Shown in pieces: positions 39,835-48,335 of a DNA stretch of 64,000 nt. The notes under the pieces are model-generated. The model made no database searches. It was not told the origin of the DNA and saw only the letters and a program-made list of their open reading frames with translations. The translations under genes were made by a program, and so were the position numbers. Positions within the stretch are counted from its first letter, which is position 1, and each line of letters starts with the position of its first letter. Origin of the DNA: an uncultured virus (IMG/VR IMGVR_UViG_3300008120_010307) (taxonomy: Duplodnaviria; Heunggongvirae; Uroviricota; Caudoviricetes). Location of the stretch: IMG/VR virus record IMGVR_UViG_3300008120_010307. The stretch is one strand, 5' to 3'.

Positions 39835-40677
39835 ATGGAAAGCTCAGAAAAAGTATGGAAAGATTCTTTGAAAAAAAGTTACTCCAATGCATTGACAACA
39901 GCAACTCAAGGGAGCACAGGTGAAATGCTATCAGATATGAACAAGTATTCCAAAGAAATGAGGGAAGAAAAGGATTCAGATAAACCTGTAGAAAATAAAA
40001 TAACCAAGTCAGATGTGAGTAAGGTTACAGCCAAACAACAATTCGCTAGAGATTTACAGGATGACCCGGATTTTCAAGACTTCAAGAAAAACGCAAAATA
40101 CGAGAAGGGTGGCTCAACGTTTACTTTCGGAGTCCCTAATGTGAGCACGGAAGACCCATACATAAAAAAAAGAACAAAATACGGAAGACCTGGAAGAGGG
40201 AAAGAAGAGAATAAAGAAGCCACTACGTCTGGTTCATCAGGGGCGTTTAGTGCACCTTTGTTCGGAGGTGATGATGATTTTGTAAAAAAAAGTGACTCAG
40301 AGACACCAAGTCTAAAAGAGGGAATGTTTTCAGATGGGATGTACGGTGTTGATAAAATCGAGGCAAAGGAGGCTACCACATCAGGTTCTGTCGGGGGGTA
40401 CTCAAGTCCTTCAATGTGGGCGAAATCAACAAGTAAGAAAGATTGGGGACCCTCAAGAAAAACCCAATATAAAGGTGGTAGTTTTGTAAAAGTCAAAAAA
40501 AAATGTACAAGATTTCCATATTGTAATCAAGGAGATATAAATGCTCTTAAATTGACTAAAACAGAGTCTGTAAAGGAAGCTATTAAAAAAGTCTCACAGA
40601 AATTGAATATTAGTGAAGATATAATCGAGACTATTATTCAGAAAGAATACGTTAAAACATCAAAAAGGCACAAATAA
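39835..40677 (+). CDS. putative head-associated protein with repeated KEATTSGS motifs
   Basis: KEATTSGSSGAFSAP and KEATTSGSVGGYSSP; KKKCTRFPYCNQG. Confidence 0.5.
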   Translation: MESSEKVWKDSLKKSYSNALTTATQGSTGEMLSDMNKYSKEMREEKDSDKPVENKITKSDVSKVTAKQQFARDLQDDPDFQDFKKNAKYEKGGSTFTFGVPNVSTEDPYIKKRTKYGRPGRGKEENKEATTSGSSGAFSAPLFGGDDDFVKKSDSETPSLKEGMFSDGMYGVDKIEAKEATTSGSVGGYSSPSMWAKSTSKKDWGPSRKTQYKGGSFVKVKKKCTRFPYCNQGDINALKLTKTESVKEAIKKVSQKLNISEDIIETIIQKEYVKTSKRHK

Positions 40678-40700
40678 AGATATTTATAAAAAAAAATCAA

Positions 40701-42170
40701 ATGGATAAAACACAACTTGATATTGATAGAATGATTTCAAATATCCTAAAGGAAGAAATAGAAATCAAAAGTAAAAAGATTGCTGAGGAAGTAGGTGAGT
40801 GGACCGAAATAGAAATTGAAGAGAAACTTCATGGTAAGCAACACAAATTGGATAAGAATAAAAATGGCAAAATTGATGCTGAAGATTTCAAGTTGCTCAG
40901 AAAAAAGGAAACTAAAGAGGACGATTTTGACTCATTGGTTGATGCCGATATTGATGATGAAGAAGAAAGAGATTCTTTGGAGCAGGGAATGTATGAGGAA
41001 GATGGTGAGACCGAAGAAGGTAATGAATTTACAGGTGAGTTAGAGAAGGCTAGAAAAGAAGGTAAATCATCGTTCAAAGTCGGAGATAAAACTTTCAAGA
41101 CCGAACCCAAAGAGAAAAGAGACAATTTTGACGGTAGAAAATCAGAAGTTATTGGGGTTTACTCAAATATTGATAAGCAGAGAGAAATGAAAGAGGAGAA
41201 AAAATGGATTCAAAAAACTGATATGAAAAAAGGAGCACTACATAAAAAACTTGGAGTTCCTGAAGACGAAACAATTCCTAAATCAAAGTTGAAAAGTTTG
41301 AAAAAAGAACTTATGAAAAAAGGTGAAGGTGATAAAAAATTATCTGCGGCCGACTCTAAAACTTTGAAACAAGTGAATTTGGCAATGACATTAAAGGGTC
41401 TTAAAGAGAACGATAATACTCTTAGATTGAGTGAAAGTGAACTAATTGACATGATTGAAAAAATTGTGTTAGAGGAGAAAAAAAATAAAGAGGTAAAAGA
41501 CAAGGCAGAAAAACAAAATATCACTAAGAAAACACCGGAAGGTTTGAAGAAAACTGAAAAGGCACTTAAAGCTTCGAAAAAAGAAAACGAGGATTATGCT
41601 AAGGAGGTTGTCAAAAAGATGAAAGATTACATGAAAACAGGGTCTAAGGGTGAGTATACTGAAAACCCTGTAGACTTTCCGAAAAGTAATTTTGCATTAG
41701 AAAAAGACCCTAAGGTAAAAAAATATACACCTTCACAAGCGGTGGAAGAATATATTGAATATTTTTCATATCCGGGTCAAACAAATTTGGTATTTGACGA
41801 AATCAAACCCGATGTTAAAAAAATTGAAAAACATCTCAAAGGTGACAGAATAATGGGAAATGCTCAAGTCGATGAGGATGGAAATGCTTTGGGTAACGTT
41901 GTACCGAGCAAAGTTGGAGAAAGGTTCTTCAAAAATTTCCAAGATAATGTTTATGGTAACGAACAAATGCAAGCATCCTACAAGAGATATCCAGCACCTG
42001 TTGAAGAAGAGGGTGAGGGACAAACATCAGGTTCGTTAAAAGACCTTAAAAAACTATCCAAAGGAAATAAAGTTTTAAATAAATTATCAGAGTCTCAGCA
42101 ATCGAATAAGATTATTGGAGAAATGGAACAAATGAAAAAACTTATGTCCTACAATAAGAAAACACAGTAA
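40701..42170 (+). CDS. Glu/Lys-rich putative head/internal protein with EF-hand-like loop
   Basis: DKNKNGKIDAEDF; KWIQK...KGALHKKLGVP; LSESELIDMIEKIVLE. Confidence 0.55.
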   Translation: MDKTQLDIDRMISNILKEEIEIKSKKIAEEVGEWTEIEIEEKLHGKQHKLDKNKNGKIDAEDFKLLRKKETKEDDFDSLVDADIDDEEERDSLEQGMYEEDGETEEGNEFTGELEKARKEGKSSFKVGDKTFKTEPKEKRDNFDGRKSEVIGVYSNIDKQREMKEEKKWIQKTDMKKGALHKKLGVPEDETIPKSKLKSLKKELMKKGEGDKKLSAADSKTLKQVNLAMTLKGLKENDNTLRLSESELIDMIEKIVLEEKKNKEVKDKAEKQNITKKTPEGLKKTEKALKASKKENEDYAKEVVKKMKDYMKTGSKGEYTENPVDFPKSNFALEKDPKVKKYTPSQAVEEYIEYFSYPGQTNLVFDEIKPDVKKIEKHLKGDRIMGNAQVDEDGNALGNVVPSKVGERFFKNFQDNVYGNEQMQASYKRYPAPVEEEGEGQTSGSLKDLKKLSKGNKVLNKLSESQQSNKIIGEMEQMKKLMSYNKKTQ

Positions 42171-42216
42171 TTCACAAAACAAAATATTTTATTTATAATT
42201 CTCCATAACCATCACT

Positions 42217-42675
42217 ATGGAGAATTTTTTTAAATGGATAGGTAAAGAAATACCTGACGAAGAAGTTATAATATGGTTCAATGTCCATAACATGAACTAT
42301 GAAAAAATTGAACTTTACGGGGACATTTTCAAAACCTTGTCATATCTAATACAAGACACCTATTTGGGTGAAGAAAATCATGAAACTAAAATTTCATTAT
42401 CTGTTGAGGATAAAGAATTGCATTTTGAATGGTGTTGGGCTAAAATGATTGAAAATTTCGCAAAAGAAAAAATATTCATCGAATCTGACGGGGAACACAA
42501 AAAATATTTAAAAAATTTTTTTGGTGAAACCTTTTATAATCAACAAGATAAAAATATCAAAGACGAGGTCTTTGTTTTTGTGGACCAAGTTTTTGAGGTG
42601 AATAAAAAGTTTTCAAAGGCCGATTTAGATATCCTTACAGAAATTTATAAGTTCATGGAAAAAAATGTTAAATAA
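42217..42675 (+). CDS. hypothetical protein
   Basis: 152-aa ORF. Confidence 0.5.
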   Translation: MENFFKWIGKEIPDEEVIIWFNVHNMNYEKIELYGDIFKTLSYLIQDTYLGEENHETKISLSVEDKELHFEWCWAKMIENFAKEKIFIESDGEHKKYLKNFFGETFYNQQDKNIKDEVFVFVDQVFEVNKKFSKADLDILTEIYKFMEKNVK

Positions 42676-42751
42676 AAAAACCTTTATTAGTTTACTTCCA
42701 GGGACAAAAAATTACATTTTTAACAAAATAAACTTTAATTATTAAATCAAA

Positions 42752-42934
42752 ATGGAAACATTAGAACAAATTAAAGAATTGACTGAAGTTTTATCTGTTG
42801 ATGCTACCAAGTTTTTTAAAGGTAACAAGAGTGCAGGTACAAGAGCTAGAAAGACAGCTCAAGAGTTGAAAGCTTTACTTCAAAAATTCAGAGGGGAAAT
42901 TCTTGAACACAAGAAATCAGAAAAAGATGCATAA
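42752..42934 (+). CDS. histone H1-like Hc1-family nucleoid protein
   Basis: DATKFFKGNKSAGTRARK..QELK..L..FR. Confidence 0.7.
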   Translation: METLEQIKELTEVLSVDATKFFKGNKSAGTRARKTAQELKALLQKFRGEILEHKKSEKDA

Positions 42935-43115
42935 TATTGAATCAACATTTTTTTTTATATTTGTTTTTACAATATTGATTGTATTCAGAAACCTATTTAG
43001 GATTATAAGTACCCTGTTAGATAAAGAACCAAAAAAAATTGTTTATACTAACAGGGAACTTATAATTTTAGGTCTATCATTGTCTTACATTATAACATTT
43101 ATCAAATTCACATGA
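42927..43115 (+). CDS. small two-TM membrane protein
   Basis: Two hydrophobic segments; ATG overlaps the end of the Hc1-like gene. Confidence 0.45.
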   Translation: MHNIESTFFFIFVFTILIVFRNLFRIISTLLDKEPKKIVYTNRELIILGLSLSYIITFIKFT

Positions 43116-43528
43116 GTTTTTATAAAGAAATTGAACAATTTTCAGAGTATATTAAATCAATAAGGAAATTAAAAGACTATTTAAGTTTTGATTTATATTT
43201 TCCTTCAAAATGGGGATTACCTAAGGATGATACCCAAATAATTCCTTTTGAATCAGATGTCGCCAATCACAAGGGTTTATCTTTCGTTACAGAAATGAAA
43301 GATAAAGAAGTAACAAATACAATCACTAAAATACTTAAAGTTATAAAAATAAATAAAGAGAGAGAATTGAAGGAAATGTTGTTTAAACAAACAGTTGAAC
43401 AATTAAAAAAGACGTTTGAAAACAATGATTTAGACAAACTTCAGAACCTCTATTTTGATTTTGAAAATCACGAATTAGATGAACCAGAAATCGGAGAAGA
43501 ATCAGATAGCATTGAATTGGCTGAATAG
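43112..43528 (+). CDS. hypothetical protein
   Basis: 138-aa ORF with ATGA coupling. Confidence 0.5.
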   Translation: MSFYKEIEQFSEYIKSIRKLKDYLSFDLYFPSKWGLPKDDTQIIPFESDVANHKGLSFVTEMKDKEVTNTITKILKVIKINKERELKEMLFKQTVEQLKKTFENNDLDKLQNLYFDFENHELDEPEIGEESDSIELAE

Positions 43529-43870
43529 TGAAAAAGGAAAGGATAAGAAAAGTTTAGAAATTGATAAGAAAAAATTCATCCAAGAAATAAAAAAGTATAA
43601 GAAAACAGATTTGATTCCAATTCCAAAAAAATTGACATTATGGGAGAAAATAAAGATAATGATTTTGGGACAATAAACAAGTTGGCTCTCGTAGCCGAAT
43701 CTGTACAGACTCTTTTCGAGGGTAAAGCAACTGTGGTCTTTGAATTGACTAAAAAAGAATATCAACCGGTAATAAACCAGTTCAGAGAGATTGACAGACA
43801 TCACAAACAGTTCTCCATAGATATTTCAGGGACTGAGTTTCATTTTTTACTCATCGAGGATGAGTCGTAG
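43479..43870 (+). CDS. two short overlapping hypothetical ORFs (43479-43676 and ~43640-43870)
   Basis: Consecutive overlapping ORFs continuing the operon. Confidence 0.4.
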
Positions 43871-44489
43871 ATTGTCTATACAATATTTTTTTATCGAAGC
43901 CCGCATCTGATAGTAATTTTAAAAGGTATTTTCTTTGGGCTACCGACGAATCCTTTATAAATAAACAATTTGTTTTCTTGTTGTCATAGTAAAATTTACT
44001 GACACAATCCAAAAACCTCTCAGCATCAGATTTATTTTTTACTGAAAATATTTTGAATTCCAAATTCTCTTGTAAAACAATTTTATTATTCAACGAGTAT
44101 AACATTTTCATTTCATTACCAACCATGTAAGTTTTAATGAATTTATCGAATGATATTTTGATTGATTTTTTTATGTCGTAAATTTCTTCCTCTTTTTTTA
44201 TTTTTGAAATCTTTATAAATTTCAAATTTTCATCTTCTAATTTGACCTTTTTATTCCTTCCAAATTGGTCTGTCAAATAAGTTGGTGACATTTGACTTTT
44301 AGTTTTTTCTATGATTGCTAATTCAAATTCACATAGTTTACCACTCTCGAATACCTTCTCAAAAATAATTTTTTCAGATTTTGATATATTTGAATTGAAG
44401 AATTCCTGAGCCTTCGCTAAAGTTTTATATTCCTTTATTATTTTTTTCTTTTTTTTATCCTTGAAAAGAACAATCATATATTGCGACAT
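43851..44489 (-). CDS. Lys-rich hypothetical protein
   Basis: Likely start at MSQYMIVL (44489) or 44477; the longer track ORF would overlap dnaJ. Confidence 0.55.
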   Translation of the reverse strand: MSQYMIVLFKDKKKKKIIKEYKTLAKAQEFFNSNISKSEKIIFEKVFESGKLCEFELAIIEKTKSQMSPTYLTDQFGRNKKVKLEDENLKFIKISKIKKEEEIYDIKKSIKISFDKFIKTYMVGNEMKMLYSLNNKIVLQENLEFKIFSVKNKSDAERFLDCVSKFYYDNKKTNCLFIKDSSVAQRKYLLKLLSDAGFDKKILYRQSTTHPR

Positions 44490-44491
44490 AC

Positions 44492-45409
44492 ATGAAAAAT
44501 TACTACAAATTATTAGAAGTTGAAGAGAATGCTTCAGAAGATGATATAAAAAAGAGTTATAGAAACCTGTCAAAAAAATATCATCCAGACTTGAACCCTC
44601 AAGGGGCGGAGAAATTCAAGGAAATCAATGAAGCATATGAAGTCCTGAGTAACAAGGAAAAAAGAAAGAAATATGATTTTCAGAAATCTAATCCCTACAA
44701 CGGAAGTGAATTTTCGGACTTTTTCGCATCTATGTTTTCGAACCAAAATTTCCAACCACCAAGGAACCATCCAGCACCAGATAAGATTTTGAATCTTCAA
44801 TTGACCCCTTTAGAATCATATTTAGGACAAGAAAAAAATATTCAATATTTCAGGGAACTTCATTGCGATACTTGCGTAGGAACAGGAGGGGACAGGGCAA
44901 TTTGTGGATTATGTGAAGGTACAGGTTTTATTGTGAAAACATTCGGTACAGGATTTTTAGTTCAACAGGTCCGGATGGCATGTCCAAATTGCGAGGGACG
45001 GGGATATAATCTCATAAATAAATGTTATAAGTGTTCAGGTAAAGGTACCTTAGGTAATGCAAATGAAATAAAGATAAACATACCTAAAGGTATTGATAGT
45101 GGACAATTCGTGAGAATACGGGGTATGGGGGACTATAGAAATGGTAATTATGGTGACCTCTTGATTCAGATAGAATTGAAAAGTTCCGAAGGATTCGAAA
45201 AAATGGGTAGTGATTTAGTATATAACCTTTATCTCAATTATGAGGACCTATTGAAGGATAAATATTCAATACCACACCCAGATGGAGAACTTATAGTTCC
45301 CGCTCCGAAAAATTTTGACACTTCGAAGCCTTTGAGGCTTAGGGGTAAGGGATACAGTTCAGGAGACATGTTCATCAAAATACATGTCAAATTTGATAGA
45401 CCTACTTGA
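44492..45409 (+). CDS. dnaJ: DnaJ chaperone (type I)
   Basis: J domain with HPD, four CxxCxGxG repeats, C-terminal domain. Confidence 0.92.
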   Translation: MKNYYKLLEVEENASEDDIKKSYRNLSKKYHPDLNPQGAEKFKEINEAYEVLSNKEKRKKYDFQKSNPYNGSEFSDFFASMFSNQNFQPPRNHPAPDKILNLQLTPLESYLGQEKNIQYFRELHCDTCVGTGGDRAICGLCEGTGFIVKTFGTGFLVQQVRMACPNCEGRGYNLINKCYKCSGKGTLGNANEIKINIPKGIDSGQFVRIRGMGDYRNGNYGDLLIQIELKSSEGFEKMGSDLVYNLYLNYEDLLKDKYSIPHPDGELIVPAPKNFDTSKPLRLRGKGYSSGDMFIKIHVKFDRPT

Positions 45410-45551
45410 AAAAATTTATCAATAGTTTAATAAGAACGTAGTTACCGTAAATTGCTGAAGCTAATATGTAAAAACCGAAAAATAACATCGGAGTTACAGT
45501 CTTGAATAAAGATTTTTTTTTACATTTACTACAACCTTGAGATTCTTCCAT
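45402..45551 (-). CDS. 49-aa CxxC plus TM microprotein (not in ORF track)
   Basis: Manual translation: MEESQGCSKCKKKSLFKTVTPMLFFGFYILASAIYGNYVLIKLLINFFK*. Confidence 0.55.
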   Translation of the reverse strand: MEESQGCSKCKKKSLFKTVTPMLFFGFYILASAIYGNYVLIKLLINFFK

Positions 45552-45561
45552 ATTTATAAGT

Positions 45562-45738
45562 ATGATTTTAGAGCAAATTATTAGGAGGGTCTTGCATCAA
45601 TTTTTAGATGAAAAGGACCAAAATAAATTTAAGAAACCACGTAAATATAGTCAATCGTATTGTAAATCTACACCTTGCTCCAAAATGGGTTTCACTCAGA
45701 AAGCTTCTTGTAGACCCTACAAAAATTGTTATAAGTAA
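45562..45738 (+). CDS. 58-aa four-Cys basic microprotein (not in ORF track)
   Basis: Manual translation: MILEQIIRRVLHQFLDEKDQNKFKKPRKYSQSYCKSTPCSKMGFTQKASCRPYKNCYK*. Confidence 0.6.
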   Translation: MILEQIIRRVLHQFLDEKDQNKFKKPRKYSQSYCKSTPCSKMGFTQKASCRPYKNCYK

Positions 45739-45740
45739 AA

Positions 45741-45771
45741 TTTGCCTTTTTCTTTTTTTTTCATATATTTG
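45741..45771 (+). promoter_or_regulatory. Bacteroidota-type sigma70 promoter
   Basis: TTTG, 19 nt, TATATTTG; ATG at 45776. Confidence 0.7.
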
Positions 45772-45775
45772 ACTT

Positions 45776-46615
45776 ATGCTAAGTTATATAGGTGGAAAAT
45801 CAAAAATTGGTAAATGGATTATTGAGTACTATCTCGAAGACATGGAGACATATGTGGAAACATTCGGGGGAATGTTTTGGTGTTTTTTCAATATGGATTT
45901 AGAAAAATTTCCAAATCTCAAAAGAGTGGTTTACAATGACTTCAATCCTTTGAATTATAATTTGTTCAAATGTGTACAAAATCCCGCTGAATTACAGAGG
46001 GCTTTGGATAACATCCCTGTACAAGAATACGGAACATCACTAACTGATATTAGCTTCAAAGATAGATTCAGAGAATTTCAAACTGAAATATTTTCTTCAG
46101 GTTTTACGATAAATTATCCTGATTATGAAGTTGCAGCAAAATATGTTTATGTTGTAACACAAGTTTTCAGTGGTTCAAAACCCGAAACATCGAGTTTTAT
46201 AGATTTAAAGGGAAAGTACAGGTCTAAATATTTAGCTTTCAGAGATAAGTTGTCAAACCCAAAGTGGGTAGAACATTTCTTGAAGATTACAAATGTAGAA
46301 AACTTAGATTTTCAAGAAGTAATAGAAAAGTATGATTCCCCCTCGACCTACATCTATTTAGACCCACCCTATTGGAAAACTGAAAACTATTATTCGAATC
46401 ATGACTTCGACCGACAGGACCATGAAAGACTCTCTGTAATTTTGAATCAAGTTCAAAGTAAATTTAGTTTATCATACTACGATTTCGATTTATTACATCA
46501 GTGGTATCCTGAATCTACCTTCCGATGGGAAAGAAAAAAATTCGCAAAGGCTGCCGCTGCAAAAAAGGGTACAAAACAAAATTTGGGTGAAGAGCTTTTG
46601 ATTATGAATTATTAG
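45776..46615 (+). CDS. Dam-like (D12 class) DNA adenine methyltransferase
   Basis: YIGGKS, YVETFGG, YNDFN, YLDPPY, LSY, ELLIMNY. Confidence 0.88.
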   Translation: MLSYIGGKSKIGKWIIEYYLEDMETYVETFGGMFWCFFNMDLEKFPNLKRVVYNDFNPLNYNLFKCVQNPAELQRALDNIPVQEYGTSLTDISFKDRFREFQTEIFSSGFTINYPDYEVAAKYVYVVTQVFSGSKPETSSFIDLKGKYRSKYLAFRDKLSNPKWVEHFLKITNVENLDFQEVIEKYDSPSTYIYLDPPYWKTENYYSNHDFDRQDHERLSVILNQVQSKFSLSYYDFDLLHQWYPESTFRWERKKFAKAAAAKKGTKQNLGEELLIMNY

Positions 46616-46657
46616 TTATTTTTACACTTTGATTGTATTTATATTAAAGTTTACTAA

Positions 46658-48010
46658 ATGAGATTCACCAATTTATTGAAGTCCATCATTTTGGAGGCAC
46701 AAGAAAAAATTGATTTTTTGATTGATACTTATGCTAAATCAAAAAAGAAGAAAGATGGTTCAATCAAAAAAGCAAAACTTACACCTAAAGAGTTGTCTAT
46801 CTTAGTTGCGGCTGACCCCGAAACAAATCTTCATAATGTTGAAATTCCAACCTCAGACGTGAAGGAATTGGCTAAAGTTAAAGCAGGACCATACTCTCCG
46901 TGGATTATCAAAAGATATTTGGAATTGAATCAGAATACTGAAATTCCTTATGGTGAATCAGGATATGAAAGAGAATTGAAGACGCTCAAGGATAGATTCA
47001 TGGAGGATTTGTACAAAATTACCGAGGATTTAAAAAAGTTCGATAGATTTAAATCAAGAATTCCTCAAGAACTAAGAGATATCAATAAGTTGACTCCTGA
47101 AAAATTATATGATATCGTAAAAGATTTCGATATAACAATCGCCACTACAACCAAAGCAGAAAGAAAATCTGCACCTGTACATCCTGGTGGGAAATTGGTT
47201 TTTGATTCACCTAATTTGAGAGTGGTTGAAATAACAGACAAAGGAAATTTGGGTAAAGAGGCGGCTTGTTTTTATGGTGGAAATCAACAAGAAACAAGAT
47301 GGTGTACATCAGCACCCGGTCTATCCCATTTTGATTATTATATCGGGAAAGGACCTCTATATGTAGTTTTTGACCCTTCAGACCCGAATGTTTCACCAAC
47401 AACAGGATTACCTGTTGAAAGATTCCAATTATCTTTCGAAACTGACCAATTCATGGACAGACATGACCATTCAATTGATATAATTGAAAAGTTGAATGGT
47501 CCTTGGAAGGAGCTCAAACAAGTGTTCAAACCTAAATTTGCAAGGGGTCTCACAACTGGCGGTACGAAACTTACTATTGATAATTTCAAACATGGTAATG
47601 TTGGTAAATTTGTGGCACTTTATGGTTTGGAGGAACTATTTGAAAGTTTACCTGATACCCTTGATGAAATTGCTATCTCACAAAAATCAGATAAGGGACA
47701 AAACATTGACATCAAGATTCCTGCTTCCATAAAAAGATTTAAAAATATGGAGGTAATATTGTTAGATAATTGTATTAGTTCTTTACCTGATGAAATTTGT
47801 GAACTGAAAGAATTGAAGTTTCTAAGCTTACTCAATAACCCCAACTTAAAAGAACTACCTGACTGTTTGAACAATCTCAAAAATTTGGCCTTCATCGCTC
47901 TTACAGGTAGTCCCAATGTTCGTATTCCTGAGTGGTTAAAGAAGAGAGGTAAAACCATGAGAAAAGACGATAGTAATGGTAATCTTTGGGATTTGGAATA
48001 TGATAAATAA
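46658..48010 (+). CDS. phage protein with C-terminal leucine-rich repeats
   Basis: AACFYG...TRWCTS central domain; LRR-like ILLDNCISSLPDEICELKELKFLSLLNNPNLKELPDCLNNLKNLAFIAL. Confidence 0.7.
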   Translation: MRFTNLLKSIILEAQEKIDFLIDTYAKSKKKKDGSIKKAKLTPKELSILVAADPETNLHNVEIPTSDVKELAKVKAGPYSPWIIKRYLELNQNTEIPYGESGYERELKTLKDRFMEDLYKITEDLKKFDRFKSRIPQELRDINKLTPEKLYDIVKDFDITIATTTKAERKSAPVHPGGKLVFDSPNLRVVEITDKGNLGKEAACFYGGNQQETRWCTSAPGLSHFDYYIGKGPLYVVFDPSDPNVSPTTGLPVERFQLSFETDQFMDRHDHSIDIIEKLNGPWKELKQVFKPKFARGLTTGGTKLTIDNFKHGNVGKFVALYGLEELFESLPDTLDEIAISQKSDKGQNIDIKIPASIKRFKNMEVILLDNCISSLPDEICELKELKFLSLLNNPNLKELPDCLNNLKNLAFIALTGSPNVRIPEWLKKRGKTMRKDDSNGNLWDLEYDK

Positions 48011-48022
48011 TTACTAAATTTG
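47992..48022 (+). promoter_or_regulatory. Bacteroidota-type sigma70 promoter
   Basis: TTTG, 19 nt, TAAATTTG; ATG at 48028. Confidence 0.65.
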
Positions 48023-48027
48023 TTTTT

Positions 48028-48312
48028 ATGAGTGTTGATGTAGAAATCTACATGAATAACATAATCAAATTTTTCAGAAATAATCCTAAGGATTTACAAA
48101 ATCTTGTGCCTCTTCACAAGGAAGATGAGTTTTATAAAAAAATTCGAGAGGTTGCAACTAAAAATTCGTCAGAAGGGAAGGAGATTAGTTTAACTCAAAA
48201 ACAATTATTGGACATTTGCGTTGTAATAAACGGAAAAGAACCCAAACCCGATGAAATTTTGGATGAAAGAGTTTTCATCCCTTCTCCATTTGGTTTTATT
48301 TGTTTGAATTAA
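48028..48312 (+). CDS. hypothetical protein
   Basis: 94-aa ORF. Confidence 0.5.
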   Translation: MSVDVEIYMNNIIKFFRNNPKDLQNLVPLHKEDEFYKKIREVATKNSSEGKEISLTQKQLLDICVVINGKEPKPDEILDERVFIPSPFGFICLN

Positions 48313-48329
48313 AATTTTTCTTATTTTTG
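48299..48329 (+). promoter_or_regulatory. Bacteroidota-type sigma70 promoter
   Basis: TTTG (48299-302), 19 nt, TATTTTTG; ATG at 48336. Confidence 0.6.
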
Positions 48330-48335
48330 TGTCCT

